64,000 nucleotides of DNA from Vicinamibacterales bacterium (GTDB taxonomy: Bacteria > Acidobacteriota > Vicinamibacteria > Vicinamibacterales > UBA8438). The notes beneath the pieces were generated by a model. The model was not told the origin of the DNA. It made no database searches and saw nothing but the letters and a program-made list of their open reading frames with translations. The stretch's first letter is position 1. Each line of letters starts with the position of its first letter. The DNA lies in NCBI GenBank assembly GCA_965202655.1, contig CBDBBK010000001.1:296797-360796 (forward strand), given 5' to 3'. Shown here piece after piece: positions 1 through 9,763 of this stretch. A program made the translations under genes and the position numbers.

Positions 1-758
1 CGCACGGCGCGGAAATTGGTCGACTCGATGACCAGCGTGTTCCCTTCCCAGCGGCCACGCGGATCGCCTTCCCACTGCCGGATGCCGTCATCGACGTGTG
101 GGGTGTCGTCGATCGGAATGATCCGCGCGTTGTGAATCATCTCGCTGTGGAAGACGACATAGCCCGGCGGCTGCAGGATCAGGGTGCCGTTGTTGTATTC
201 GGTCGGCATCATCATGCCGAGCACGCCGCGCGAGATGCAGCGGTCGCCCGTTTCCATGTTGGCGTAGGAATCGTGCAACTGCGCCATGTTCAGGGCAATC
301 CGCTCCCGCGCGTCGGCGGTCCGTTCGGGGACGCGCCCGTTGGGCGGGTCGACGATGATGGACGCCTGGCCGATGTCGGTCGGTTCGTCGAAGAACCAGT
401 CGAACCAGTAGAGGCCGTAGCCGCCGACGCCGCCGCGGTTGTTCTCGTGGCCGCGCCATTCGCTCCGCTCGATCCGGCCGCTGCCCCGCGCCGACGCCCG
501 TTCACGCAATTCGTCCGTGGTGATGTCCTCCCGCCCCTCCAGCTCCTCCGGCAGCTCGAGCGGCGTGAACATCGCGCGCGTGTTGTTCCACATCCCCTGG
601 ATGTCGGGCTGGCCGTCGGCGAGGCGCTCGGGCTCCCAGCCATCGGGCGCGTTCTGGGCGCCGGCCGGCGCCGCGAAGCCGAGAACCATCACCGCGAGGG
701 CCGCGCAGGCCACGCTACGCGCCTCCGTAGACCATTGGCTTCCCGTATGCCGGTGCAT
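1..758 (-). CDS. Exported protein, ACHEGNY-family paralog A (5' portion only; the 3' end runs off the window start)
   Basis: My own minus-strand translation from ATG at 758 gives MHRHTGSQWSTEARSVACAALAVMVLGFAAPAGAQNAPDGWEPERLADGQPDIQGMWNN...GDRCISRG...MIHNARIIPIDDTPH...GDPRGRWEGNTLVIESTNF. The frame stays open to position 1, so it is absent from the ORF track (no stop inside the window). It has the same signal peptide and motif order as 7 other ORFs here. Confidence 0.8.
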   Translation of the reverse strand, partial: MHRHTGSQWSTEARSVACAALAVMVLGFAAPAGAQNAPDGWEPERLADGQPDIQGMWNNTRAMFTPLELPEELEGREDITTDELRERASARGSGRIERSEWRGHENNRGGVGGYGLYWFDWFFDEPTDIGQASIIVDPPNGRVPERTADARERIALNMAQLHDSYANMETGDRCISRGVLGMMMPTEYNNGTLILQPPGYVVFHSEMIHNARIIPIDDTPHVDDGIRQWEGDPRGRWEGNTLVIESTNFRAV

Positions 759-805
759 CACGTCGTCTCCTTCGCTGCTGCCCATCCCGTCACGACATCC
801 GGCGG

Positions 806-1687
806 TCATTCCACGGTGACCGTGATGTCAATCGGCGTGGTGTTGATGGAATCGTCGGCGTGGACGCGCAGCAGGTGCGTTCCCCGCTCCGTGAAACGGA
901 CGGTGGTGGTCGCTTCCCCGCCGCGTCCCCCTTCGATCGAGATCACTCTGGGGTCGAAGGTCACGTCACCCGGCCCACGGTAGTGGACCCAGGCCACGCC
1001 GAGGCCCGTCTTCGCCGCGTCGAAGGCCAACACGACCGCCTGGTTCATCGGATGCGCAAGCTGCCGGCGCCGCTCCCGGGACGCCGCCTGCTCCGGACTT
1101 GCGGGCTCCGGCTCCGGTCCCGGCACCCCGTCGTCGCTCACTTCCACCGTGATCGCCAGCGGCTCGCCCACCGCGACGGTCAACTCGGTGCCGCCGGGGA
1201 CCGCAATCTCCGGAAGCTGGTTGTCCGACGGCGCGCCCTGTATCCCCATGCCCCGGTTCGCCTTGATGACGCCGTCGTCGATTTCCCAGCTCGGCCAGAG
1301 CGATCCGAACGCCTGCTCCGTCTTGCCGTTCATGGTCAGGCTCCAGATCAGGTCCTGCTCGCCCCAGTCGGCCGGCACCTGCACCCGGAAGACGAACTGC
1401 TGGCGGCGGTTGTAGAAGCGGGTCGGCTGGCCGCGATCGGCGGGACCCGGTTCGAACCGGTTGTCCGGGCCGACCGGGACGTGCGGCATCTCCTCGTAGT
1501 TGCGGTTCATGTACCCGAACACCATCGTGAAAGTGCCGTCCGGGTTCCGCTCCCAACCCTCGTAGACCGGCGCCACGCTCTGGCCCCGGTCGTACCTCAT
1601 CTGCGCGCCGGCGGTGACGGGCACGGTGAGCAGCAGCGCCGCGCCCACCACGCCCGGGGCGGCCAGGAATCTCAGCAGCCGCATCAT
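806..1687 (-). CDS. Exported hypothetical protein, family unknown
   Basis: ORF 806..1759. Internal ATG-ATG at 1687/1684 is preceded by GGAGG and followed by signal peptide MMRLLRFLAAPGVVGAALLLTVPVTAGAQ. It begins 11 nt after the stop of the upstream gene (1698), so it is probably co-transcribed. Confidence 0.7.
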   Translation of the reverse strand: MMRLLRFLAAPGVVGAALLLTVPVTAGAQMRYDRGQSVAPVYEGWERNPDGTFTMVFGYMNRNYEEMPHVPVGPDNRFEPGPADRGQPTRFYNRRQQFVFRVQVPADWGEQDLIWSLTMNGKTEQAFGSLWPSWEIDDGVIKANRGMGIQGAPSDNQLPEIAVPGGTELTVAVGEPLAITVEVSDDGVPGPEPEPASPEQAASRERRRQLAHPMNQAVVLAFDAAKTGLGVAWVHYRGPGDVTFDPRVISIEGGRGGEATTTVRFTERGTHLLRVHADDSINTTPIDITVTVE

Positions 1688-1697
1688 CCCGCCTCCG

Positions 1698-2996
1698 TCA
1701 GTTGTTGTTGTTCGCGGCCGCTTCACGCTCTTCCAGCGCGGCGGCGTACTCGTCGTCATCCAGCTCGTAGTAGCTGGTCCACGTGAAGCTCATGTCGTCG
1801 CTCGACCGCTGGCCGAACCCGGCCCAGTTCCGCGGGTCGGGATTCCACCGGTTGCCGCGCGAGTTGTCGTGCCACGTGATCGTGTGGAGCATGGAGCCGG
1901 CCGGCAGCAGCGGCTGCACGTCATCCGCGTAGTTGTAGACGATGTGCCAGCCGAAGTCCCAGTTGGCGCAACTGAGCATCTCGGTCTGCCCGGTCGGATA
2001 GATCGCCTCTATGCACTGGCGCTTGCCCCGGTTGTGGAGATGCGGCTGAAATCCGGTCAGCCGGACGTTGTTCTCGAACCGGTGGTAACTGTCGTGCCGG
2101 ATGTCGTCCTCCCCCGGCGGGATGTCGAGGTCGTAGTTCTGCGCGAGTGCGCGCGAGAAGAGCTCGTGCTCCGGCTCCTCCCCCTCGGGATAGAAGGTGA
2201 GGCCGACGCTGGTCCGGTCGGTCCGCTCCTCGCCGATCGAGGCGTAGTGCATGTTGAACCGGATGATCGACCCCGCCTTCACGAGGCGGCCCGTGCCCGG
2301 CGGGAAGATGTCGCCGTTCTTCCCCTGCGCGTACTCGTTCAGGAAGTCTCCCTCGTCGGCATCCGCCGACTCCTGCAGCCGCGTCACCGCGTGGTGCACG
2401 ACCGGGAATCCTTCCGCGGACGGCTTGGTCTCGACCGCGCTGATCCACCGGTCCTCCGTCAGGCCCGAGTCCGAGAAGAGATCGCCCCACCAGTTGGCGC
2501 CGTCCGCCGGCACGACGAACGGCTCGGGGATCGGCACGATCCAGTCGGGCTCTCCGATATGCCAGATGTCGCGGTCGGCGAAGTCACGCGGCGGCGGCGC
2601 ATCGGCCGGGTTGCCGCGCGGCGCGCCCGCATCGACCCAGGCGGCGATCATGGCGATCTGATCGTCGTTGAGCGACCGGTCGTACTTGAAGCCCTGCACG
2701 CCGATGGTCTTGTCGATGAACCAGGGCGGCATGGCGCGGGTCGTCACCTTCTCGCGGATTGACCGCGCCCAGGGGCGGGTCTCCTCGTAGGTCATCAGCG
2801 ACATCGGGGCGATCGCGCCATCCCGGTGGCAGGTCTGGCACGAGTCCTGCAGAATCGGGAGCACGTCCTTCGTGAAGGTGACGTCCGCGCCAGCCTGCGC
2901 GGCGGCGCTGCCCGGCAGGGCGGCCGAGAGAGCGAACAGGGCAGCGACGGCGATACCGAACGATCCGAACACACGGACTCGCGCGTGGGGTCTCAT
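1698..2996 (-). CDS. Exported fusion protein: N-terminal mono-heme cytochrome c module plus copper type II ascorbate-dependent monooxygenase-like (PHM/DBH-fold) domain
   Basis: ORF 1698..3161 trimmed to ATG 2996, which opens signal peptide MRPHARVRVFGSFGIAVAALFALSAALPGSAAAQ. CQTCH heme c motif near the N-terminus. Downstream pattern VVHHAV, FNMHY, QPHLHNRG, DDMSF matches the HH..H and HxH..M copper-ligand layout of PHM-type enzymes. Confidence 0.75.
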   Translation of the reverse strand: MRPHARVRVFGSFGIAVAALFALSAALPGSAAAQAGADVTFTKDVLPILQDSCQTCHRDGAIAPMSLMTYEETRPWARSIREKVTTRAMPPWFIDKTIGVQGFKYDRSLNDDQIAMIAAWVDAGAPRGNPADAPPPRDFADRDIWHIGEPDWIVPIPEPFVVPADGANWWGDLFSDSGLTEDRWISAVETKPSAEGFPVVHHAVTRLQESADADEGDFLNEYAQGKNGDIFPPGTGRLVKAGSIIRFNMHYASIGEERTDRTSVGLTFYPEGEEPEHELFSRALAQNYDLDIPPGEDDIRHDSYHRFENNVRLTGFQPHLHNRGKRQCIEAIYPTGQTEMLSCANWDFGWHIVYNYADDVQPLLPAGSMLHTITWHDNSRGNRWNPDPRNWAGFGQRSSDDMSFTWTSYYELDDDEYAAALEEREAAANNNN

Positions 2997-3132
2997 GGGG
3001 CTCTGCCTCCTTGATCCGCAGCCGATCGAAGTAACTTTGCGCCGATCGTGCAGCGTTGTCAATGGGACACTCCGGGCGGCGTGATAGATTGTCGGATTGG
3101 CCCGACAGCAGGGGCCGAACAGGAGTACCACG

Positions 3133-5085
3133 GTGCCGGAGACTGACACTACGAAGACCACGCACGCCTTCCAGGCCGAGGCCAGACAACTCCTCGACCT
3201 GATGGTCCATTCGCTCTATTCCAACAAGGAGATCTTTCTCCGCGAGCTGATCTCGAACGCTTCGGACGCCTGCGACAAGCTCCGTTTCGAGGCGTTGACG
3301 GAGCCGGCCCTCCTCGGGTCCGCCGACGAGTTGGCGATCGAAGTGACGGTGGATGCCGCCGCCCGCACGATCACCGTCTCGGACACCGGCGTCGGGATGT
3401 CGCGCGAGGAAGTGATCGACAACATCGGGACGATCGCCCGCTCCGGCACCCGCGAGTTCGTCCAGCAGTTGACGGGCGATCAGGCGCACGACGCGCAGCT
3501 CATCGGCCAGTTCGGCGTCGGCTTCTATTCGTCGTTCATCGTGGCCGACCGGGTGACGCTGACGACGCGCCGGGCCGGTTCCCCCGAGGACGAGGCGACC
3601 CGCTGGGAGAGTGGCGGCGAAGGAGACTACACGCTGGAGAGCGCCGCGAAGCCGGCGCACGGAACGGACGTGACGCTGCACCTGCGGGAGGGCGAGGACG
3701 AGCTGCTCGATGCGGCGCATCTGCAGTCGATCGCCGTGAAGTACTCCAATCACATCAGCATTCCGATCCGCATGCCGAAGGTGCGGCCCGCCGGGAAGCC
3801 TCTCGACACCGGCGACACCGAACCGCTCGAGCAGGTGAACAGCGCCTCGGCGCTGTGGGCGAGGTCGAAGTCGGAGATCACGGCGGAGCAGTACGACGAG
3901 TTCTACCAGTCGATCGCGCACGACATCGAGGCGCCGCTCGCGCACACCCACGTCCACATCGAGGGACGGCAGGACTACACGCTGCTGCTCTACCTCCCGC
4001 GGCATGCGCCGTTCGATATGTGGGACCGGGAGCGGCGGCACGGGGTCAAGCTGTACGTGCGCCGCGTCTTCATCATGGACGGCGCAAAGGAACTCCTTCC
4101 CGGGTATCTCCGCTTCGTCCGGGGCGTGATCGACTCGAACGACCTGCCGCTCAACGTCTCCCGCGAGATCCTGCAGCACTCGAGCGACGTCGAGGCCATT
4201 CGGAATACCGCGGTGAAGCGGACGCTGGCGCGCCTCGAGGAGATCGCGGACAAGCAGCCGGAGACTTACCGGACGGTCTGGACGGAGTTCGGCCGCGTCC
4301 TGAAGGAAGGCATCGGCGAGGACCCGGGCAACCAGGACCGGCTCGCCCGGCTGCTCCGCTTCGCCTCGACCCATGCCGACACGCCGGAGCAGTCGGTCTC
4401 GCTCGCCGACTACGTGGAACGGATGCGGGACGGACAGCAGGCCATCTACTACGTGACCGCCGACAGTTTCGACGCGGCGCGTCAGAGCCCGCACCTCGAG
4501 GTGTTCCGGAAGAAGGGCGTCGAAGTGCTGCTGCTGCACGACCGGGTGGACGAATGGGTGGTCGGACACCTCCCGAAGTTCGACGACAAGCCGCTGCAGT
4601 CGGTCGCCCAGGGCGATCTCGATCTGGGCGAACTGGCGGCCGAGAGCGAGGAGGAGCAACCGCCTGACGAACAGACCGACGCGGACTTCCAGCCGCTCAC
4701 CGAACGCATGCAGAAGGCGCTCGGCGACCGCGCATCGGGGGTCCGGCTGACGCATCGGCTGACCGAGTCGCCCGCCTGCCTGGTGAGCGACGCCCCCGGC
4801 ATGAGCGCGAATCTGGAGCGGATGCTCCGCGCGGCGGGCCAGGCCGTGCCCAACATCCCGCTGGTGCTCGAAATCAACCCGACGCACCCCATCGTCAACC
4901 GACTCAAGGACGAGACCGACGACGAGCGTTTTCAGGACTGGAGCCACGTGCTGTTCGATCAGTCGATGCTGGCCGAGGGCGGCCACCTCGCGGATCCCGC
5001 GTCGTTCGTGAAGCGGTTGAACCGGCTGCTGCTCGAGATGGCGGGCGAGGGGAAACCGCGGCTGTGGACGCCTCCGGGCAGTTAG
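3133..5085 (+). CDS. htpG: Molecular chaperone HtpG (Hsp90 family)
   Basis: ORF 3097..5085 (TTG). I prefer GTG 3133, which lies 7 nt after AGGAG (3121-3125). [42 protein letters not shown] and [11 protein letters not shown] are textbook HtpG N-domain motifs. About 650 aa. Confidence 0.95.
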   Translation: MPETDTTKTTHAFQAEARQLLDLMVHSLYSNKEIFLRELISNASDACDKLRFEALTEPALLGSADELAIEVTVDAAARTITVSDTGVGMSREEVIDNIGTIARSGTREFVQQLTGDQAHDAQLIGQFGVGFYSSFIVADRVTLTTRRAGSPEDEATRWESGGEGDYTLESAAKPAHGTDVTLHLREGEDELLDAAHLQSIAVKYSNHISIPIRMPKVRPAGKPLDTGDTEPLEQVNSASALWARSKSEITAEQYDEFYQSIAHDIEAPLAHTHVHIEGRQDYTLLLYLPRHAPFDMWDRERRHGVKLYVRRVFIMDGAKELLPGYLRFVRGVIDSNDLPLNVSREILQHSSDVEAIRNTAVKRTLARLEEIADKQPETYRTVWTEFGRVLKEGIGEDPGNQDRLARLLRFASTHADTPEQSVSLADYVERMRDGQQAIYYVTADSFDAARQSPHLEVFRKKGVEVLLLHDRVDEWVVGHLPKFDDKPLQSVAQGDLDLGELAAESEEEQPPDEQTDADFQPLTERMQKALGDRASGVRLTHRLTESPACLVSDAPGMSANLERMLRAAGQAVPNIPLVLEINPTHPIVNRLKDETDDERFQDWSHVLFDQSMLAEGGHLADPASFVKRLNRLLLEMAGEGKPRLWTPPGS

Positions 5086-5108
5086 CGCGCCCGGTGAAAG
5101 ACAACACC

Positions 5109-6401
5109 ATGTCAGACAGCAAATACGGCGGCGTGCAGAACGGACGGACGACGCGGCGGCACTTCCTGCGGCGGATGGGCCGCTACGCCGCGCTGGCGGC
5201 GGCGGCGGGAGCAGGCCGCGCCGCGCCGGCCGAGGCATGGCGCTTGCAGGGCCCGCCGATCACCGTCGACGACGTGACCGCCTATCCGATCTACATCAAC
5301 CAGCGATCCGAGGGCCTGCTCGATCCACCGTCCTTCGCCGGCGACGACGACCCGCGCCGGTGGCGCTGGGGCGGCCCGTTCGAGCAGCTTCCCTCCGCCA
5401 TCCTCGTGGTCATCAAGACCGACCAGGGGATCACCGGCTTCGGGATGGGAGCCGGGGGCGGCGCGGCGGTCGAGATCATTCACGGCCACCTCCGCCATCT
5501 CCTCGTCGGCGCGAACCCGCTGAACGTCGAGCAGCTCTGGGACCAGATGTACAGCTCGGCCCTCTTCTACGGGCGGCGCGGCGTCTTCGCGATGGCGCTC
5601 AGCGCCGTCGACAATGCGCTCTGGGACATTGCCGGCAAGCACGCCGGCCGCCCGGTCCACCAGATGATCGGGGGCGTTTCGCGCGACCGGATCGCGATCT
5701 ACCAGACGGGCGGGGACGTCGCGCAGGGACGCGCGCGGGGAATCCGCCACTTCAAGCGGTCGGCCCCCGTCGGGCCGCACACGACGCCGGCCGACCAGGC
5801 CCGCCTCGTCGAGTCGGTGCTGGCGGCGCGCGACACGGCGGGGCCCGACGGCAACCTGATGACCGACTGCGTATCGCGCAACGGGACCGTCGAGTGGGCC
5901 GTCGGCTTCGCCGAACAGCTACGCGACGCGAACCTCTACTTCATGGAGGAACTGCTCTCGCCGGACGACGTGTTCGGCTACGCCGAGCTGGTCCGCCGCA
6001 TCGGCGGCGGCGGGCCCGGCTGGACCCGCGTCGCCTGCGGCGAGCACGAGTACACGGAGCATGGCTTCGACGTGCTGGTCCGGCTCGACGCGGCGCAGAT
6101 TCTGCAGCCGGACATCACGTGGTGCGGCGGCCTGACGGCGGGCCGGCGCATCCGCGACCTCGTCGAAGCCGCCGGCCTGGAACTGATCCCGCACCGCGGG
6201 GGCAGCGTCTGGGGCCTGCCGATCGCGCTGACGGCCGCCAGTTGCACGATGGCGGAGAGCTTCCCCGCCGGATCACCCATTCTGGAAGCGATGTCGCCGC
6301 CGTTCGACAACGGCGACGCGGTAGCGACGACCGCGCCGGGATTCGGGTCGACGCTTACCGAAGCGATGGTGCTAGACGCTCGGCTGCCGGGCACCTACTG
6401 A
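5109..6401 (+). CDS. Enolase-superfamily enzyme (mandelate racemase/muconate lactonizing, sugar-acid dehydratase-like) with Tat signal
   Basis: ORF 5064..6401 trimmed to ATG 5109. Twin-arginine motif TRRHFLRRMG followed by an Ala-rich h-region. ILVVIKTDQGITGFGMG...ALSAVDNALWDIAGKHAGRPVHQMIGG is typical of the MR/MLE N-terminal and barrel domains. Confidence 0.85.
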   Translation: MSDSKYGGVQNGRTTRRHFLRRMGRYAALAAAAGAGRAAPAEAWRLQGPPITVDDVTAYPIYINQRSEGLLDPPSFAGDDDPRRWRWGGPFEQLPSAILVVIKTDQGITGFGMGAGGGAAVEIIHGHLRHLLVGANPLNVEQLWDQMYSSALFYGRRGVFAMALSAVDNALWDIAGKHAGRPVHQMIGGVSRDRIAIYQTGGDVAQGRARGIRHFKRSAPVGPHTTPADQARLVESVLAARDTAGPDGNLMTDCVSRNGTVEWAVGFAEQLRDANLYFMEELLSPDDVFGYAELVRRIGGGGPGWTRVACGEHEYTEHGFDVLVRLDAAQILQPDITWCGGLTAGRRIRDLVEAAGLELIPHRGGSVWGLPIALTAASCTMAESFPAGSPILEAMSPPFDNGDAVATTAPGFGSTLTEAMVLDARLPGTY

Positions 6402-6433
6402 GAGCGGCGATGCATCCCGGCTGAACGGGGCTG

Positions 6434-7222
6434 CTAGCGGGGATACCACTCGGCGTCGCGCACTTCGATCGGCTCTCCCTCGAGCGCGTCGCGCAACGCG
6501 TGAATCGTGGCGGCGACTTCGGACGCATTGTCCGGCCGGGGCTGGCTCCGGTCGCCGAACCAGCGCGCCGACACGTTGTCGTAGTGGTAGACGTAGACGA
6601 CCGACGGTCCGAACGTCTTGACGCACTCCGCGACCGGCCGGGGACGCATCCGGTCTACCGGCAGGTTCATCGGCATGAACGCCACGTCGATATCGCGAAG
6701 CGCCTGGATCTCGGGCACGCACTCGCCGACGCCGGAGAAGAAGATGCGCTTGCCGCCGAGGGTGATGACGTAGCCGTTCGCCTCGCCCTTCGGATGCCAC
6801 GGTTGCCCCGGAGTCATGTCATAGGCCGGGACGGCTTCCACCGGAATGCCGGCGAACGTGCCCTGCGCGCCGTTGGCGAGCACTTCCCCACCGCCGAACC
6901 GCTCGGCCGCGGTGGCGGTCACCACCACCGGTGCTCCGGGCTTGCGGACACGCGCAATCGCTTCCGGATCCAGGTGGTGGGTCGGATCATCGGTCACCAG
7001 GATCAGGTCGGCCGGCTTCGCCAGTGACAGGTCGCCGGCGCTCCACGGATCCACGTGGACGACCGTCCCGTTGTGCTCCACCTGCACGGACGCATGCAGT
7101 ATCGGGGTAATCACCAGATCGCCTCCGTCGGCGGCGATCCGGTGAGGCTCCTGCGCCGCCGCCGGTGCGGCAGCCCAGGCGAGTGCGGCAAGAACGGTCA
7201 CGACGTAAGGCAGTCGAGGCAT
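6434..7222 (-). CDS. Exported MBL-fold metallo-hydrolase (UlaG-like)
   Basis: ORF 6434..7258 trimmed to ATG 7222 (MPRLPYVVTVLAALAWAAAPAAAQ signal). LILVTDDPTHHLDPE metal-binding His cluster and GKRIFFSGVGECVPE. It lies 11 nt downstream of cbiB. Confidence 0.75.
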   Translation of the reverse strand: MPRLPYVVTVLAALAWAAAPAAAQEPHRIAADGGDLVITPILHASVQVEHNGTVVHVDPWSAGDLSLAKPADLILVTDDPTHHLDPEAIARVRKPGAPVVVTATAAERFGGGEVLANGAQGTFAGIPVEAVPAYDMTPGQPWHPKGEANGYVITLGGKRIFFSGVGECVPEIQALRDIDVAFMPMNLPVDRMRPRPVAECVKTFGPSVVYVYHYDNVSARWFGDRSQPRPDNASEVAATIHALRDALEGEPIEVRDAEWYPR

Positions 7223-7232
7223 GCCCGCCATC

Positions 7233-8195
7233 CTACGCCAGCCACGCGGCGGCGGCAACGACGGTCAGGAACGCCGCCACCGCGACGACGCGGCCGGCCA
7301 CGCGGTAGTCCGCCGCGCTCCCGCCCGGCGGATCGCCGGGGTCGCCAATCCAGCGATCCGAGACCAACTCCCCGCGAAGGTGGATGGGCCCGGCGAGACG
7401 CCGCCGGATCGCCCCCGCCAGGGCGGTTTCGCTCCACCCGGCGTTCGGTCCCGGCACCACGGCATGCTGCGACCAGCCGATGCGCGCCGCGGCGGCGCCC
7501 GACGCCCCCGGAACCAGGGCGCCCGCTGCGGCGATCAGGAGCCACCCCACTCGGGCCGGCAGCAGGTTCATCACGTCGTCCAGCCGGGCGCCGCACCAGC
7601 CGAAGCGGGCGTAGCGTTCCGTCCGGTAACCGACCATCGAGTCCATCGTGCTCACTACCTTGAAGACCACCAGGCCAGGCAGTCCGGCGACCGCATACCA
7701 GGCGATCGGCGAGACGAAGCCGTCCACCAGGCTCTCCCCGAAGCTCTCGATGGCGCAGCGGCGGCAGCCGGCGGCATCGAGCCGCTCGACGTCGCGCCCG
7801 ACGAGCCTGGCGGCGGCGCGGCGCGCACCCTCGAGATCGCCGGCGTTGGCGGCGCCGTTGATCGCCCGGCCGTGGGCGTAGAGATCTCCCAGGGCGATCA
7901 GGCTGTAGAGCAGAAAACAGTGTCCCGCCAGCGCGGCGACGGAGTGGACGCCGGCCAGGCCGGTCACCAACGCCACCGCCACGCCCACGCTCACTGCCGC
8001 CAGCAGCACGAACAGGACGCAGCCGCCGACATATCCGTCACCGCCGGCGGCGCGCAGGCGCGTTTCCAGCGCCGTGAGGGCCCGGCCGATGAGCCGGACC
8101 GGGTGCAGCCGATAGGCCGGATCGCCCAGTGCGAGATCCGCCAGGACCGCGACGATCAGCAGATCGGCGCGGGGGGCCAGCAGGCTCAGCTCCAC
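7233..8195 (-). CDS. cbiB: Adenosylcobinamide-phosphate synthase CbiB/CobD
   Basis: ORF 7233..8315. The Arg-rich N-terminal extension overlaps cbiZ, so I prefer GTG 8195. Polytopic membrane protein with LGDPAYRLHPVRLIG, RLVGRDVERLD and DSMVGYR, typical of CobD/CbiB. Confidence 0.85.
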   Translation of the reverse strand: MELSLLAPRADLLIVAVLADLALGDPAYRLHPVRLIGRALTALETRLRAAGGDGYVGGCVLFVLLAAVSVGVAVALVTGLAGVHSVAALAGHCFLLYSLIALGDLYAHGRAINGAANAGDLEGARRAAARLVGRDVERLDAAGCRRCAIESFGESLVDGFVSPIAWYAVAGLPGLVVFKVVSTMDSMVGYRTERYARFGWCGARLDDVMNLLPARVGWLLIAAAGALVPGASGAAAARIGWSQHAVVPGPNAGWSETALAGAIRRRLAGPIHLRGELVSDRWIGDPGDPPGGSAADYRVAGRVVAVAAFLTVVAAAAWLA

Positions 8196-9319
8196 TTCGC
8201 GAGCCAGCCGGCCGCTATGGCGCGCAGCACCAGATCGACCGGATCGGCGTCGCGCGCGTCTCCCAGCGCGGCATGGAACGCGACCCAGTCCTGCGGGCGC
8301 GCCGCCACCGCGCACGCAAGCGAGGCCGCCTGGTGACGGAGCGCCTCGGCGGCGGCGCCGGACGGCAGGGTGCCGGCTGCGACACGGTCGAGCACGGCGG
8401 CGGTCGCGTAAGCCGACGCGGCGACGCCCGGGTCGTAGAACAGCCCGCGCTGATTGCGTTCGAGCAACGCATGCTGCGACTCCGGCAGCAGTTCGGCGAG
8501 CCGCTCCAGCGCCTCCGGCTCGGTGAAGCCAAAGCGGCCCAGAGCGTGGGCGAGACTACGGGTATACGAAGGCTCCAGTCCGTTCTGCCACCGGAGCGCC
8601 TCCGCCGTGGCCTCCTTGACGGCAACGCCAATCAGCTCGCCGAGCTTGGCGTGCGGGCTGGTCGACTCGCGCGGCCGGCGAGAGGGATCGAGCGGCGCGG
8701 CGATACAGAACTGATCCGTTCCGGTGCCGGTGGCGATCGCCGGCGACCGGCGGCTCGGCACCGCCAGATCCGCCAGCGCGGCCGACTTCGCCTCGGTCAT
8801 CGTCACCACCGCGCGGGCCTGGGCGGCGGCAGTGACCGGGACATTGATCAGCAGTATCGTGTTGATCGTTCCCGCCATCGGGTTGACGCGGCGCCACTTG
8901 CCGTCGTCACCCTCCGTCCACGATGCCGGCTCCCCGGCGCGCGTGGCGTTGCCCGCAACCCCCGCCGTCACGAACGCGTCGGCACGCAGGTCCTCGAACG
9001 CGGCGAAGCGGTGGCCGGCGCACGCCATGTTGGCGGCGGTTCCCATCACCGCCGCCCGGTCCGGGTCGACGCCGATTTCTTCGCATACCTCACCGTGGTA
9101 CGCGGGCAGCCCCAGCCGGGTGATCAGCTCGTGCCGCGCGGTATCGCCACTCGCTTCGCAGCTCTGGTGGTTCACCAGATAACGCAGGGCCTCCTGCTCT
9201 CCTCCACGGCGCGCCGAGGTGCTGAGAACGCGGTGGGGCGCGAGCAGTTCCACAACCAGGAACCGGCCGCCACGCCGGGCGGTGAAATGACGCCCCTGTG
9301 TGCAGCAACTCCGCCCCAT
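8186..9319 (-). CDS. cbiZ: Adenosylcobinamide amidohydrolase CbiZ-like (cobinamide salvage)
   Basis: ORF 8186..9319, ATG start. GTINTILLINVPVT, VVTMTEAKSAAL and ATGTGTDQF resemble CbiZ signature segments. It overlaps the cbiB start by 10 nt, which suggests operon coupling. Confidence 0.75.
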   Translation of the reverse strand: MGRSCCTQGRHFTARRGGRFLVVELLAPHRVLSTSARRGGEQEALRYLVNHQSCEASGDTARHELITRLGLPAYHGEVCEEIGVDPDRAAVMGTAANMACAGHRFAAFEDLRADAFVTAGVAGNATRAGEPASWTEGDDGKWRRVNPMAGTINTILLINVPVTAAAQARAVVTMTEAKSAALADLAVPSRRSPAIATGTGTDQFCIAAPLDPSRRPRESTSPHAKLGELIGVAVKEATAEALRWQNGLEPSYTRSLAHALGRFGFTEPEALERLAELLPESQHALLERNQRGLFYDPGVAASAYATAAVLDRVAAGTLPSGAAAEALRHQAASLACAVAARPQDWVAFHAALGDARDADPVDLVLRAIAAGWLAKWS

Positions 9320-9374
9320 CCGCCATCACGGTTGCCGTCCCGGCTCCGGCTGGATGCATGGTGTCGCGGGCATG

Positions 9375-9560
9375 CTACACTCTGCGCGCAGATTCGCGCC
9401 CCGACGAACTGGGAAGTGGGTGAAATGCCCACACGGTCCCGCCACTGTAAGTGGGGAGCGGACGGCAAGAAGGCGCTCGGGCGTCCGCCACTGTGCGCGT
9501 GCATGGGAAGGCGTTGCCGCACCGCGTCGATCCACGAGTCAGGAGACCAGGCGCCGGGGA
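9375..9560 (+). promoter_or_regulatory. Cobalamin (B12) riboswitch aptamer
   Basis: Plus strand reads GGGAAGTGGGTGAAATGCCCACACGGTCCCGCCACTGTAAGTGGGGAGCG (from 9411), then GCCACTG...GGGAAGGC (9487-9511), then the B12-box-like AGTCAGGAGACCAGGCGCC (9537-9555). The order and spacing match the conserved cobalamin riboswitch core. It lies upstream of a cobalamin adenosyltransferase gene. The 5' and 3' limits are approximate. Confidence 0.8.
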
Positions 9561-9679
9561 GTTCACGACCCTGCGGGCGCGGCATGACCGATGCCGCACC
9601 GCGCGTTCGGCGCGTGGAGACGCCGACTGGAGGTTCCGATGCGGTCCATCGTGGGCGCGCCGCCGCAGCGCCGCTTTCC

Positions 9680-9709
9680 CTCTCGCTCTCGTTCTCGTTG
9701 TCGTTCTCG
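9680..9709 (+). repeat. Five tandem pyrimidine-rich hexamers (CTCTCG CTCTCG TTCTCG TTGTCG TTCTCG)
   Basis: Read directly from the sequence between the riboswitch aptamer and the start codon at 9764. Confidence 0.6.
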
Positions 9710-9763
9710 GTCAGCCTGGGCGGCGACTGATTCCATGAACCGGACACCAGGGAGGATGTAACC

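Noticed and set aside
2584-5238. 884-aa ORF antisense to htpG
   Set aside because: It is Arg/Ala/Pro/Gly-rich with no recognisable motifs and fully overlaps the unambiguous htpG frame. This is a typical shadow ORF of GC-rich DNA.
8129-9730. 533-aa plus-strand ORF, along with several others crossing 9300-9750
   Set aside because: It is antisense to cbiZ and then runs through the riboswitch aptamer and the hexamer repeat. It shows no protein-like features.
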